Under the pieces are notes generated by a model, which did not search any database, was not told the DNA's origin, and saw only the letters and a program-made list of their open reading frames with translations. The translations under genes were made by a program, and so were the position numbers. From an uncultured Acholeplasmataceae bacterium (lineage in GTDB: Bacteria > Bacillota_I > Bacilli_A > Acholeplasmatales > UBA5453): DNA of 64,000 bases. How positions within the stretch are numbered: position 1 is the stretch's first letter; the number at the start of each line of letters is the position of its first letter. The stretch is from assembly GCA_964481475.1 (NCBI GenBank), contig CAYZTG010000001.1, positions 20,441 to 84,440 on the forward strand, given 5' to 3'. Of this stretch, positions 1 to 10,260 are shown in pieces.

Positions 1-507
1 AAGTTGAGGTACAAAGTTAACATTACTAAATTCTTTTTGCCAGCCTCCATTTCGTAGACTTAAATGAGCTTTTGCAATGTTTCTTGATTCTGCTAACATT
101 AAGCCAATCGCAAAGTCAGAAACTGCTTCAGCATTTCTTCCCATTACATTAAATGCTAAAACCCCTCTTTTAGTTGCTTCAACTAAATTAATATTTTCTG
201 TTCCCGCTCTTGCTAAGCCAACTATTCTTAAGTTGGGCATTGCATCAAATACTTTTGAATTAACTGGAACAAATAATCCAGCCAATAACTCCGCATCTTT
301 TCCTTCTCTTAAAATTACTTCTGGAACAACTTCAATTTCTGGACCTTGTTGTTCAACTTTTAATCTTCGATCTTGAAGACTTGCCCAATCTGTTTCAAAA
401 TCTTCTGTAACAATTTTGTCAAAATACTTACTTAGATGTTTTTCAAATCCTTTTAAAAATAGATCGCTAGTGATCATCGGATCACCAGATAAAATTACTT
501 TTTTCAT
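1..507 (-). CDS. D-isomer-specific 2-hydroxyacid dehydrogenase family protein (N-terminal 169 codons; gene runs off the left edge of the window)
   Basis: Absent from the ORF track because it is truncated. My translation from ATG 507..505 stays open to base 1: MKKVILSGDPMITSD...NLRIVGLARAGTENINLVEATKRGVLAFNVMGRNAEAVSDFAIGLMLAESRNI..., which is typical of D-2-hydroxyacid dehydrogenases. AAGGAG lies 7 nt upstream. The gene starts 11 nt after the PdxA-family stop. Confidence 0.6.
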   Translation of the reverse strand, partial: MKKVILSGDPMITSDLFLKGFEKHLSKYFDKIVTEDFETDWASLQDRRLKVEQQGPEIEVVPEVILREGKDAELLAGLFVPVNSKVFDAMPNLRIVGLARAGTENINLVEATKRGVLAFNVMGRNAEAVSDFAIGLMLAESRNIAKAHLSLRNGGWQKEFSNVNFVPQL

Positions 508-518
508 TTGTCTTCTCC

Positions 519-1523
519 TTACTTGTTTCCTTTTACAAAAAACGGGGCATACTTTGCAGCTAAAATGATTGCTTCAATCATTGAAATTTCATTAGCTATG
601 TTTTTTCCAGCAATATCCATCGCTGTACCATGATCAACACTTGTTCTTAAAAATGGCATCCCATTTGTAATGGAAATTGTTTTATGAAAATTATATGTTT
701 TAGTCGCGATGTGTCCTTGGTCATGATAAAGTGATAAGATTCCTGCCCATCTACCATCCAAACCTAAAGCAAAAATAGAATCTGCTGGGACTGGCCCAAT
801 AACGTTATATCCTTTTTGTTGCATAGCTTTGATAGCCGGAATTATTTCATCGATTTCTTCACTGCCAAACAAGCCGTTTTCCCCTGAATGAGGGTTTAGT
901 CCAGCAACTGCTAAAGTTCCTGATACTCCTAAACGGTCTAAGGCTTCAATTGATCTTTGAATGTAATCCATTAAGCGTTCTTTTTTAACTAAATCAATTG
1001 CAGCTTTTAAAGAAACGTGTCTTGATAAAAAGAAAACACGTTCTTTTTCGATTTCAAACATAGTTAGTGGATCATCAGTATTAGAGAGGTCTGCTAAAAT
1101 TTCAGTGTGACCAATATAAGGCACTTTACCTTCTTTCAATGATTCCTTATTAATCGGTGTTGTAGCAATCGCATCAATTTGCCCACTCATTGCTAATTCA
1201 ACTGACTTCTTAATATATGCAAAAGCAGCCTTGCCACACATACCACAAACTTTCCCTATCTTAAGTTTGTTGATATCTACTTCATGCATCTCAATTAAGT
1301 TAACAACTCCTTGACTAAAATCACCATCTTTAACATCATTAATCACATTAATTCTTAACGGTAAATCACACAACTTAATTTGATCATCTAAAACGGCTTT
1401 ATCACCGATTAAAATAGTGTTACTGACCGAAAAAAGACGATCATCTAACAAAGATTTTAGGGCAATCTCAGGCCCAATTCCTGCTGGATCTCCAATAGGA
1501 ACACCAATAATTGGCTTTTTCAT
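519..1523 (-). CDS. pdxA: PdxA-family NAD-dependent 4-phospho-hydroxyacid dehydrogenase (PdxA2-like)
   Basis: 334-aa ORF with [14 protein letters not shown] at the N-terminus and LYHDQGH and VDHGTA metal-site motifs. It overlaps the upstream kinase gene by 1 nt. Confidence 0.85.
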   Translation of the reverse strand: MKKPIIGVPIGDPAGIGPEIALKSLLDDRLFSVSNTILIGDKAVLDDQIKLCDLPLRINVINDVKDGDFSQGVVNLIEMHEVDINKLKIGKVCGMCGKAAFAYIKKSVELAMSGQIDAIATTPINKESLKEGKVPYIGHTEILADLSNTDDPLTMFEIEKERVFFLSRHVSLKAAIDLVKKERLMDYIQRSIEALDRLGVSGTLAVAGLNPHSGENGLFGSEEIDEIIPAIKAMQQKGYNVIGPVPADSIFALGLDGRWAGILSLYHDQGHIATKTYNFHKTISITNGMPFLRTSVDHGTAMDIAGKNIANEISMIEAIILAAKYAPFFVKGNK

Positions 1524-2776
1524 TACAATTCCTCCTCGATATATTTTTTAATTGTTAAATAGGCTTCGCTTGAAGCGTTATTTCCACCTTTTGTAATTAC
1601 GTCTAATCCCCTAAACTCCCCGTCCGCTAACTTACCGTGAACACATAAAGGCAATACTTCTTTAATTAATTCAATTGAAGTCGTATTATTATATTCTAGT
1701 AGATGAAGTGTTGTGTCACCACCAGAAATAAAAGCACCACGAACACTGTTAGTATTTTTTAAAACATCAGTTGCTAATCTTGCATAATTGGTATTAATTA
1801 TTTTAGATAAGTTATCTGCACTTTCTTTTAGTTCTTTGCCCAACTCAAATAAATTAAGAACTTTATCTCTTGCCCCGTTAGTTGTAATGATAACGTATGG
1901 TTTTTTAAGTTTTAAAATATCACTCAAATATTTGTCATAATTCTTATTAAATTCTTCTTGATTTAGTAAAGACGCAGGACTAATATAATAGTAGTCAAAA
2001 TCGACATCCTTACGTGCTGTTTCAACTTGATAATGAGAAACATCAACAACACTACCCACTAAATAAAAGAATTGTCCCTTATCTTCAGTTTTATTAATTA
2101 GCTCTGTATAATAATATGTTAATGGACCTGGATCAACAGCAATAATATCACAATCTAAACTAAAAACCACTTCACTAATCCTTTTAATATCTTCATTAGT
2201 TTTCGCATCATAAATAATTGCATCATTAGTTTTAAATAGTTCTCTCGTTAATTGATGCATATTTTCGTAATCATTGAATTTAATGTTAGCAATCTTTCCA
2301 TCAAATTGTTTTAAGAACAGTTCTTTTACATCACTAGAACTTAATGGAGTTTTTGGATCTTTTGCAATTGGGGTATCTAATAAAGGAGTATCACCAATAT
2401 AAAGTTGTCCATTTATACAATACCTTTCTGAATTAGGAAAAGCAGGAACAATTACAATCTTTTTATCTGGAAATGACTCTTTAAAAGCATTAAGTTCTGA
2501 ACCTAAGTTTCCTCTAAGCGTTGAATCAATTCTTTTATTAATAACTTTGAAATTACTATTTTTAAACTTATCGCAAACATTTAAAACTCTTTGATAAGCT
2601 TCTTCTTTTGAAGTTGCTCTTGAATCTGTTGAAATAGCAACAACATCAAAACCATCATAATTAGTTATTTTTTTAAAATCAATCATACTTAAACTTGTAA
2701 AATTAAGTTTATTTAGTAAAATTGCACTAGCATTTGCGCCGGTAGAATCATCAGCAATTATTAAAGTCTTTAACAT
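1523..2776 (-). CDS. Four-carbon acid-sugar kinase family protein (DUF1537)
   Basis: 417-aa ORF with N-terminal [10 protein letters not shown], matching the ADDxTGA signature of the family. GAGGA SD is present. The gene is operonic with the PdxA-family gene. Confidence 0.8.
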   Translation of the reverse strand: MLKTLIIADDSTGANASAILLNKLNFTSLSMIDFKKITNYDGFDVVAISTDSRATSKEEAYQRVLNVCDKFKNSNFKVINKRIDSTLRGNLGSELNAFKESFPDKKIVIVPAFPNSERYCINGQLYIGDTPLLDTPIAKDPKTPLSSSDVKELFLKQFDGKIANIKFNDYENMHQLTRELFKTNDAIIYDAKTNEDIKRISEVVFSLDCDIIAVDPGPLTYYYTELINKTEDKGQFFYLVGSVVDVSHYQVETARKDVDFDYYYISPASLLNQEEFNKNYDKYLSDILKLKKPYVIITTNGARDKVLNLFELGKELKESADNLSKIINTNYARLATDVLKNTNSVRGAFISGGDTTLHLLEYNNTTSIELIKEVLPLCVHGKLADGEFRGLDVITKGGNNASSEAYLTIKKYIEEEL

Positions 2777-2793
2777 TTCTTTCCTCGTTTCTT

Positions 2794-3555
2794 TTACACA
2801 CTACAATTGACTTGAATATATTCACAAGTTAGTTCGATTTCACTTGGTAATTTTAGTTTCAAATAATCTGTTACAACAATATCAAATTCATTCAAATGAG
2901 CTATTCTATATAAAGAATTGCTATAAAACTTTTGTTCATCAGTCACTAAAATTGTTTTTCTTGCCAATTTAATAATTTGATGTTTTAAAAACTGTCTTTG
3001 CGGATCTGGTGTACATAAATAAAGTTCATCATCAATTGAAGAAGTTCCCATTATAGCTAAATCAATACTAAACTGTTTTACTAAGTTGCTTGCAAACATA
3101 TCAGATGTTGAACCAGTTTCTTTATCTATAACACCACCAAGGAAAATAATATTGTTTTCTGTTAGCATTAGTAATGAAGCAATTCTAATATCATTGGTAA
3201 TTATCGTTAAATCATTACTTGTAATTCCTTTAGCGATTTCATAAGTAGTTGTTCCTGCGTCTAAAAAGATTGTTGATTTAGGGCTTATATATTTTAAAAC
3301 AATTTTGGCAATACAAGCTTTTACATCACTATTTGCTAAAGTTTTTTCATGATAACTTAATTCTCTAGTTAAGGTTTTATTAATAAATGCACCGCCATGT
3401 GTACGTTGGATTAGTTTTAGCGATTGTAACTTATCTAAGTCTCTTCTTATTGTCATTTGAGATACTGAAAAAATATCAGATAGTTCAATGACTGATATCG
3501 AATTTCTTAGTTTAAGTAGCTCTATAATCTCCATTTGTCTAGTATTCTCAAACAT
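2794..3555 (-). CDS. DeoR-family transcriptional regulator
   Basis: The N-terminal HTH (IIELLKLRNSISVIELSDIFSVSQMTIRRDLDKL) is followed by a DeoR C-terminal sugar-phosphate-binding domain. The ORF-track start 3576 is a TTG. The ATG at 3555 is preceded by AAAGGTGA. Confidence 0.85.
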   Translation of the reverse strand: MFENTRQMEIIELLKLRNSISVIELSDIFSVSQMTIRRDLDKLQSLKLIQRTHGGAFINKTLTRELSYHEKTLANSDVKACIAKIVLKYISPKSTIFLDAGTTTYEIAKGITSNDLTIITNDIRIASLLMLTENNIIFLGGVIDKETGSTSDMFASNLVKQFSIDLAIMGTSSIDDELYLCTPDPQRQFLKHQIIKLARKTILVTDEQKFYSNSLYRIAHLNEFDIVVTDYLKLKLPSEIELTCEYIQVNCSV

Positions 3556-3599
3556 CCCATCACCTTTTATGTTCAAATATGTTTTTTTTTGTTTACTTT

Positions 3600-3628
3600 A
3601 TATTATCATTGTTTAAGGCTATATGCAA
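3600..3628 (-). promoter_or_regulatory. Sigma-A-type promoter for the DeoR/kinase/PdxA operon
   Basis: On the minus strand: TTGCAT, 17 nt, TAATAT, about 45 nt upstream of the DeoR ATG. Confidence 0.45.
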
Positions 3629-3741
3629 GCACTTTTTTACAAATTGTATTAAAAAAATAAGACCTAAAACCTTTTTATAATATATAAAGATGGTTTAAGT
3701 ATCTTATTGATGTTTGTTTTTGTTCGTTTTAAAATAAAGTG

Positions 3742-3765
3742 AAAAAAAAAGACCTTAGGTCTTTT
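3742..3765 (-). terminator. Rho-independent terminator after hup
   Basis: On the minus strand, the hairpin AAAGACC-TAA-GGTCTTT is followed by a T9 run. It starts directly after the hup stop. Confidence 0.7.
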
Positions 3766-3766
3766 C

Positions 3767-4039
3767 TTATCTAACTGCGTCTTTTAATCCTTTACCTGCT
3801 TTAAAAGCTGGAGTTTTTTGTGATGGAATTTGAATAACTGCACCTGTACGTGGGTCTCTTCCACTTCTTGCAACTCTTTGTCTTACTTCAAATGTTCCAA
3901 ATCCTGTTATAACAACTTTTTCATCAGTTGCTAATGTTTCTGTAACAGTTTCAACGATAGCTTGTAAAACTAATTCTGCTTCTTTTTTAGTAACAGCAGC
4001 TTTATCTGCAACAATTGCTATTAATTCTGTTTTGTTCAT
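3767..4039 (-). CDS. hup: HU-family DNA-binding protein
   Basis: 90-aa ORF MNKTELIAIVA...GFGTFEVRQRVARSGRDPRTGAVIQIPSQKTPAFKAGKGLKDAV, a canonical HU sequence. A GGAGG SD is present. Confidence 0.95.
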   Translation of the reverse strand: MNKTELIAIVADKAAVTKKEAELVLQAIVETVTETLATDEKVVITGFGTFEVRQRVARSGRDPRTGAVIQIPSQKTPAFKAGKGLKDAVR

Positions 4040-4069
4040 AACGAACCTCCTTTTTATCTTTATAAAGCC

Positions 4070-4098
4070 ATTATAACACCATTGTAAAGATCATGCAA
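4070..4098 (-). promoter_or_regulatory. Near-consensus sigma-A promoter for hup
   Basis: On the minus strand: TTGCAT, 17 nt, TATAAT with an upstream TGn extended -10, about 30 nt before the hup ATG. Confidence 0.6.
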
Positions 4099-4175
4099 CT
4101 TTTTTATTTGCTTTTTATTTGTTTTAGCCGACAATGGTGCGATTAAGTCTGCTTATTCTTTAATTATTAAGCAAA

Positions 4176-5168
4176 CTACTCTTCTTTAAGTTTTAGCGTA
4201 AGTAAGCCAACAACTGCCTCTTGAAGAGGATATTTTTCAAAAATAACTTTGTATGCCGTAGTTATAATAGGTAAGTACAAATTTTCTTTTGTAGCAAGTG
4301 CATATAAAGCCTCAATTGATCTAATTCCTTCTATTGTTTGTTTTTCTTGTAAGTAAACATCTTCCAAGCTAATCCCTTCCCCTAGTTTTACTCCTGCTCG
4401 ATAATTTCTTGAATGAACGGACGATGCTGTTACAATTAAATCCCCCACACCAGTTAAACCAAATGCAGTCTCCTTATTGCCTCCATAGAACTCAACAACC
4501 CTTGCAATTTCTAATATTCCTCTAGTAATTAAGGCCGCACGTGCATTTTCTCCCATGCCAAATCCAGCAATCATTCCACTTACAACCGCAATAGCATTTT
4601 TAGTAGCACCACCAACTTCCGCACCAATAACATCATCAGTTCTATAAACTCTTAAATAAGAATCATTTGAGAAAAGTTCTTGAATAAGTTTAGCATAATC
4701 ACTATTATTGGAAGCAACAGTTAGTAAAGTTAACTTCTTTAAAATAACTTCCTCTGCATGAGAAGGACCGGTGAGCACTGCATAATTGCTGAAATACTTT
4801 TTGTCTATTTCTTCTTCAATTAAGTCACTAACCCTTTTACTAGTTTCAATTTCTAATCCTTTTGAAACATCAATAAAGTTCATTGGCACTTCTAAAACAT
4901 TGTTAATTTCTTTTAAAACTGCCCTCATTACTTTTGTAGGTACAGCAAGTAAAATTATCGTTGAAAACTTAACAACTTCTTTAAGATTGCTTGTTGCTCT
5001 TATCCCTTTATTAATTGCTACATCAAAGAAAGGATGTAAATGTTCACTATTTATTTTATTAATATTTTTTTCATTAATATCGTATATTATCACTTCATGG
5101 TTATTATCACATAAAACGTTTGCTAAAGTAGTACCCCATGCCCCAGCACCAATTATACTAATCTTCAT
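4176..5168 (-). CDS. gpsA: NAD(P)H-dependent glycerol-3-phosphate dehydrogenase
   Basis: 330-aa ORF with the MKISIIGAGAWGT Rossmann motif. Family-typical GAEVGGATKN and GLTGVGDL motifs are present. Confidence 0.92.
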   Translation of the reverse strand: MKISIIGAGAWGTTLANVLCDNNHEVIIYDINEKNINKINSEHLHPFFDVAINKGIRATSNLKEVVKFSTIILLAVPTKVMRAVLKEINNVLEVPMNFIDVSKGLEIETSKRVSDLIEEEIDKKYFSNYAVLTGPSHAEEVILKKLTLLTVASNNSDYAKLIQELFSNDSYLRVYRTDDVIGAEVGGATKNAIAVVSGMIAGFGMGENARAALITRGILEIARVVEFYGGNKETAFGLTGVGDLIVTASSVHSRNYRAGVKLGEGISLEDVYLQEKQTIEGIRSIEALYALATKENLYLPIITTAYKVIFEKYPLQEAVVGLLTLKLKEE

Positions 5169-5223
5169 TAATTAATTCCTCCCAACAATATAGTCCATTA
5201 TAGCATAATTGAATCTTATGAAA

Positions 5224-5253
5224 GAAAAAAGACCACTTTTGTAAGTAGTCTTT
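5224..5253 (-). terminator. Rho-independent terminator closing the xylose cluster
   Basis: On the minus strand, a 9-bp stem AAAGACUAC/GUGGUCUUU (one G-U pair) with an 8-nt loop is followed by a T-run. It lies 15 nt after the LacI-family stop. Confidence 0.65.
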
Positions 5254-5267
5254 TACCTAAAAACAAT

Positions 5268-6278
5268 CTACTCTTCTCGGAAGAAGGAATTTTTTAGTTT
5301 AACATCATTACTTGTATAATTAATAATCTTTTTAGGCTTTTTACCGTAAATTAAATAATCTATTGCTAAGTTAATTGCCGCGCTACCTTGTTTTAACGGT
5401 TGTTGCGTTACAGTCCCAATAATTAAGTCATTTTTTAGTGATTCAATTACCGCTTTTGTTTCATCAACTGTAATTATTTTCAAATCTTTATTTACTTCTT
5501 GAACAGCCTTAATTCCGCCTTTAATTCCCCCTGCACAAAAATAAATTAAATCATACTTTTTATGGGCGATATGCTGCTTTACAATATTATAACTTGTTAA
5601 ATCATCATCTTCGTTCTCAATCACATCAAAGTGATAATTGTTCGAATATTTATTTAAATTACTTTGAAAACCACTCACTCTTTGTTTATGTCCAATTAAT
5701 TTAAACGATCCCGCAACTATTAAAATATTATCCTCTTTATTTAAAGTTAGTTTGGCTAAATCACCGGCTATTTCGCCACTATTAATATAATTACAACCAA
5801 CAAAGGCTAACCTTTCAATCTCTAAATCATTGTTTACAGTAATAATTGGTATTTCAATATCCTTTAATTCATTAATTACTTGCTCTGAGTTAATTGGAGT
5901 AATAATGAGTAAATCGATATTACTATTATTTTTCGCCTTTTTAATACTTTTTACTTGTTCTTTTTCATTATATCCTTTGAGTTTATCTATAACTAAAGTG
6001 ATGTTTTTAAACTGGCTTGCTGTAGCAACCATTGAGTTTAAAACTGTCTCAAAAAACTCATTACCTATCGAGTTAATAATTAAATAAATATGAAACTTTT
6101 TTCCTAAATTAACTAAACCACGACCAAATTCATTGACTGTAAAGTTGGTTTCTTTAATAATCTTTTTAATCTTTTCTTCTAAATCTTTATTAACATTACC
6201 CCGATTATGAATAACACGGTCAACAGTTGCTCTAGAAGTTCCTGCTAATTTAGCAATCTCTTTAATAGTTATCGACAT
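5268..6278 (-). CDS. LacI-family transcriptional regulator
   Basis: 336-aa ORF with the N-terminal HTH ITIKEIAKLAGTSRATVDRVIHNRG followed by a periplasmic-binding-protein-like sugar-binding domain. Confidence 0.88.
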   Translation of the reverse strand: MSITIKEIAKLAGTSRATVDRVIHNRGNVNKDLEEKIKKIIKETNFTVNEFGRGLVNLGKKFHIYLIINSIGNEFFETVLNSMVATASQFKNITLVIDKLKGYNEKEQVKSIKKAKNNSNIDLLIITPINSEQVINELKDIEIPIITVNNDLEIERLAFVGCNYINSGEIAGDLAKLTLNKEDNILIVAGSFKLIGHKQRVSGFQSNLNKYSNNYHFDVIENEDDDLTSYNIVKQHIAHKKYDLIYFCAGGIKGGIKAVQEVNKDLKIITVDETKAVIESLKNDLIIGTVTQQPLKQGSAAINLAIDYLIYGKKPKKIINYTSNDVKLKNSFFREE

Positions 6279-6295
6279 TTAACGCTCCCTTTAAT

Positions 6296-7756
6296 TTACT
6301 TGTGGAAGAAAGTTTTTAATCTCGGATATAAATCGACATATTTTCGATATTTCTTGGCATAAATCAAACTATTATCTAAAATTGGATAATATACTTTTTC
6401 AGATTCAATTAACTTATCGCAAGCTTCTTTCACCGAACTAAACTCACCACCACCAACTAAAGCAAGAATCGCCGCTCCATAAGCTGGTCCTTCTTTAACC
6501 TTAATCGTTTCTATCTTAACATTAAAGACATCGGCAATCAACTGGTTCCAACTCGGATTTCTCGCTCCACCACCTGTAACTCTAACTCTTTTAGGTTCAA
6601 CACCTAAACTAATTATAATCTCAAAACATTGTTTTAATGAGTATGTTATACCTTCAATTATTGCTCTTGTAAAATGATCTTTACCATGAGTATAATTAGC
6701 ACCAACGAAGGCAGCTTGAGCAAAAGGGTCATTAAGTGGTGCTCTTTCGCCAGAGAGATAAGGGAGATAAAAAAGCGTGTCTTCGATTGGCGTTCTTAAA
6801 ATACTTTTGTGGAGGTCTTCGAATTTATCATGAGGATAAAAGTTGTCTCTCCACCATTGAAATGATCCAGCAGCGGATAAAGTTACCCCCATTAAATGGT
6901 AAGTATCAGTAGCATGAGCAAACGAATGCATAAACGACTTGTTATCAACTTGATATTTATCGCTGGCAGCAAATATTACTCCACTTGTTCCAAGCGAAAT
7001 ATTTATATCACCATCGGAAACAACACCTGTTCCAACAGCTCCTACTGCCTGATCTCCACCACCTGGAGTTAAAAATACATCATTAGTTAAGTTAAGCATC
7101 TCCTTAATTTCTTTTTTTAAGACTCCACATTTTTGGTAACTAGGAAGTGGCTTTGGAAGTTGCTCAATTCTTAAATCAAATAAATCTAGCATATATTTGC
7201 TATATTGTTTTTTAGAAACATCAAAATATAATGTTCCTGAGGCATCAGAAAAATCAGTAACGAATTCTCCAGATAAACTATAAATTAAATAATCTTTTGG
7301 CAACATTACTTTTGCAATTCTTTTAAAATTGTCAGGTTCATGCTTTTTAACCCACATTATTTTAGGAGCTGTTAATCCAGTAACTGCGATATTTCCAGTT
7401 TCTTTTAAAAGCTTCTCTTTTCCCACTACATTATTTAAATAATCAACTTCATTAAATGTTCTTTGGTCATTCCAAAGAATAGCAGGTCTAATTACATCAT
7501 CATTTTCATCAAGTAAAACCATTCCATGCATTTGCCCAGAAAAACTAATTCCTTTTATTTTATCTTGATTATCTTTTACTACTTCCTTAAGAGCTTCTAG
7601 AGTTTGGTTTAACCAATCTTTAGGGTTTTGCTGACTAAAGTTATTTTCGTCGATTGAAATAGGGTATGATCTAGTTGCCTCTTTTATAATTTTACCTTTG
7701 TTATCGACTAATAATGTTTTAACTCCACTAGTCCCTAGGTCTATACCAATATACAT
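6296..7756 (-). CDS. xylB: Xylulokinase (FGGY family)
   Basis: 486-aa ORF with MYIGIDLGTSGVKT and GGGA(R)N FGGY motifs. It starts 3 nt after the xylA stop. Confidence 0.88.
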   Translation of the reverse strand: MYIGIDLGTSGVKTLLVDNKGKIIKEATRSYPISIDENNFSQQNPKDWLNQTLEALKEVVKDNQDKIKGISFSGQMHGMVLLDENDDVIRPAILWNDQRTFNEVDYLNNVVGKEKLLKETGNIAVTGLTAPKIMWVKKHEPDNFKRIAKVMLPKDYLIYSLSGEFVTDFSDASGTLYFDVSKKQYSKYMLDLFDLRIEQLPKPLPSYQKCGVLKKEIKEMLNLTNDVFLTPGGGDQAVGAVGTGVVSDGDINISLGTSGVIFAASDKYQVDNKSFMHSFAHATDTYHLMGVTLSAAGSFQWWRDNFYPHDKFEDLHKSILRTPIEDTLFYLPYLSGERAPLNDPFAQAAFVGANYTHGKDHFTRAIIEGITYSLKQCFEIIISLGVEPKRVRVTGGGARNPSWNQLIADVFNVKIETIKVKEGPAYGAAILALVGGGEFSSVKEACDKLIESEKVYYPILDNSLIYAKKYRKYVDLYPRLKTFFHK

Positions 7757-7759
7757 ATT

Positions 7760-9079
7760 CTATTCTCCAAATAAAATATTGTTTAAAATACTCTCTAAAT
7801 ATTCTTGTCTACCACTTTCAACATCAACATCATTATTATTAACTGCATATGAAGCTAACTCTTCAAAAGTAATTTTACCTTCAGTAATTTTCTTACCAAT
7901 GCCTTCATGATAACTTGTATATTTTTCTTTTACAAAATTATTAATTCGACCATCTTCAATAATTTTAACTGCTTTTCTAAGTGCTAAAGCATATGTATCC
8001 ATTCCTAGAATATAAGCATAAAGTAAGTCTTCAACAGTGTTTGATGCTCTTCTTGTTTTGGCATCAAAGTTAATACCACCATTAATAAAGCCACCCATAT
8101 TTAAGATTTCTACCATTGCCAGCGTTGCTGATTTAACATTTGAAGGAAAATGATCTGTATCCCACCCAAGTAAGATATCACCGTCATTTGCATCAATTGA
8201 GCCAAGTAAACCATCAATTGCTGCCATTCTTAGTTCATGTTCAAAGGTATGACCTGCTAATGTTGCATGGTTAGACTCGATATTAATTTTAAAATCATCA
8301 GTTAAGTTATATTTTCTTAAAAAGCCGATTGCTGTTTGAGTATCATAATCATATTGATGTTTTGTTGGTTCTTTTGGTTTTGGTTCTATTAAGAAATCAC
8401 CCTTAAAGCCTTGTTTTCTACCATAATCACGAGCTAGCTTTAAAAACATCGCCATATTATCTAATTCTTTCTTAACATCTGTATTAAGAAGCGTTTCATA
8501 TCCTTCTCTACCACCCCAAAATACATATCCTGAACCACCTAATTTAATAGTCGCATCAATACTTGCTTTTACTTTAGCTGCTGCTATTGCAAAAACATCC
8601 GCATTTGGTGAAGTTGCTGCTCCACGCATAAAGACTTTATTACTAAAGTTATTAGCTGTTCCCCAAAGCAGTTTTTTATGATGTTTTTCTTGAAGTTCTT
8701 TAACATAATCAACCATGATTTCTAAATTAGCAATACTTTCCTTCAACGTTTCTCCTTCTGGAGCTAAGTCAACATCATGGAAACAAAAATATTCAATTCC
8801 TAATTTATCCATGAATTCAAAGCCAAAATCAGCTTTTGCTTTAAAAATTTCTATTGGATCAACTTTACCAAATTTTTTATCCATTGTTGGTCCACCAAAG
8901 ATATCTGTTCCTTCTGCACATAAAGTGTGCCAATAACTCATTGCAAACTTTAAATGCTCTTTCATCTTTTTACCTAAAATAACTTCTTCTGCATTATAAT
9001 ATTTAAATGCGAAAGGTTCTTTGCTTTTAGCGCCCTCATATTTAATTTGAGGAATTTGTCTTAATTGTTCTATTTTCAT
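7760..9079 (-). CDS. xylA: Xylose isomerase
   Basis: Motifs [15 protein letters not shown] and [15 protein letters not shown] are present. The ORF-track start 9118 overlaps the upstream gene. The ATG at 9079 (MKIEQLRQ...) has AAGGAG 9 nt upstream and gives 439 aa. Confidence 0.93.
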   Translation of the reverse strand: MKIEQLRQIPQIKYEGAKSKEPFAFKYYNAEEVILGKKMKEHLKFAMSYWHTLCAEGTDIFGGPTMDKKFGKVDPIEIFKAKADFGFEFMDKLGIEYFCFHDVDLAPEGETLKESIANLEIMVDYVKELQEKHHKKLLWGTANNFSNKVFMRGAATSPNADVFAIAAAKVKASIDATIKLGGSGYVFWGGREGYETLLNTDVKKELDNMAMFLKLARDYGRKQGFKGDFLIEPKPKEPTKHQYDYDTQTAIGFLRKYNLTDDFKINIESNHATLAGHTFEHELRMAAIDGLLGSIDANDGDILLGWDTDHFPSNVKSATLAMVEILNMGGFINGGINFDAKTRRASNTVEDLLYAYILGMDTYALALRKAVKIIEDGRINNFVKEKYTSYHEGIGKKITEGKITFEELASYAVNNNDVDVESGRQEYLESILNNILFGE

Positions 9080-9096
9080 ATTACTCATCTCCTTAT

Positions 9097-10248
9097 TTAT
9101 TTTATAATGGTAACCCATTTAGAATTATTATTTGAACTCTCAATTACAGCATGAACAAATTTCACGCCATTTAACCCATCTGTTACAGTTGGGAAATCCA
9201 AGTCTTCTTTTGTTAATGGTTCGTTATTTTTTCTCTTTAATAACGTGGTAATTATATTTTTATAAACATTAGCAAAAGCAATATAGTATCCTTCTGGATG
9301 TCCACTTGGAATTCTTCCGTATTTAGCTGATTTTAAAGATAAATATCCCATTCCCTTAGATAACGTTTGTGTTGGGCTATTTTTGGGCGTGTACTTTATA
9401 TAATCAGGGAAATGTTGTTCCCATTCAATCGAACCTTTTTCACCATAAATTCTAACTAATAGACCGTTCATTCTTCCTGAAGCTATTTGTGAAGACCAAT
9501 AAGAACCTTTTACGCCATTGTCATATTCTACAATTATTTTAGCGTCTAATTCTAATGCTTGACCAAAATTTTCAGTAACGGCTAATAGTCTTTTAATTTT
9601 TAAACCTGTCAAATAATGAACCATATTTTCAATATGTGTACCAATATCGCCTACACAATTGGAAATACCTGAATACTGTGGATCCATGCGCCAAACAGAT
9701 AATGATCCTGCTTTTTGCTCTTTGGCATAGACTTGATCAATTAACCAGTCTTGGGCATATTCTGCATTAACAGAAATAATTTTTCCAAGCATTCCTTCTT
9801 CAATCATTTCCTTTGCATATTTAACCATTGTATAACCAGTGTATGAATACATTACTGCAAAAATTAAATCATTTTCTTTAGCAATTTTTTCTAATTCTTC
9901 TGCTTCTTCAATTTTGAAACTTAATGGTTTTTCACAAACAACATTAATCTTAGCTTCTAAAAAAGCCTTTGCCATTTCATAATGTAAGAAATTTGGTGTT
10001 GTAATAGCAACAAAATCAATTTTGTCTTCTCTATTAGTTTCTCCTTCAATCATCGCTAAGTAGTCTTTATAAACTCTTTTTGGGTCTAAAGAATATGCTT
10101 CTCCTGTTTCAATATTTTTGCTTTCATCAGGTGAAAAACAACCAGAAACAAATTCTACTCTTGTGTCATAATTTAAAGCTTTACGGTGAACTTCACCAAT
10201 AAATGCCTTCAAATCTCCACCCATCATTCCATATCTAATCTTTTTCAT
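9097..10248 (-). CDS. Gfo/Idh/MocA-family NAD(P)-dependent oxidoreductase
   Basis: 383-aa ORF with an N-terminal Rossmann segment ([18 protein letters not shown]) and the EKP motif (VVCEKPLS) typical of the family. Confidence 0.85.
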   Translation of the reverse strand: MKKIRYGMMGGDLKAFIGEVHRKALNYDTRVEFVSGCFSPDESKNIETGEAYSLDPKRVYKDYLAMIEGETNREDKIDFVAITTPNFLHYEMAKAFLEAKINVVCEKPLSFKIEEAEELEKIAKENDLIFAVMYSYTGYTMVKYAKEMIEEGMLGKIISVNAEYAQDWLIDQVYAKEQKAGSLSVWRMDPQYSGISNCVGDIGTHIENMVHYLTGLKIKRLLAVTENFGQALELDAKIIVEYDNGVKGSYWSSQIASGRMNGLLVRIYGEKGSIEWEQHFPDYIKYTPKNSPTQTLSKGMGYLSLKSAKYGRIPSGHPEGYYIAFANVYKNIITTLLKRKNNEPLTKEDLDFPTVTDGLNGVKFVHAVIESSNNNSKWVTIIK

Positions 10249-10260
10249 TATTCATCCTCT

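Noticed and set aside
77-376. 99-aa plus-strand ORF at the left edge of the window
   Set aside because: It lies antisense to a much better-supported minus-strand dehydrogenase reading frame (1..507). Its composition is low-complexity Ser/Thr/Asn/Leu, typical of antisense frames in AT-rich DNA, and it has no SD.
3582-3590. T9 (A9 on the coding strand) tract upstream of the DeoR gene as a phase-variation element
   Set aside because: It lies downstream of the predicted -10 box, in the 5' UTR. It is in neither the promoter spacer nor the coding sequence, so a length change has no obvious switching mechanism.
4786-5175. 129-aa plus-strand ORF, together with similar antisense ORFs at 5830..6087, 7698..7910, 8715..8936, 12571..12753, 13063..13302, 14273..14509, 17229..17495, 29177..29359, 30376..30582, 31137..31337, 41428..41667, 43075..43272, 43544..43741, 44121..44312, 47152..47349, 49937..50170, 61187..61411 and 62878..63078
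   Set aside because: All are embedded antisense in genes with clear family motifs. They have Ser/Leu/Ile/Phe-rich low-complexity translations and lack SD sequences. They are shadow ORFs.
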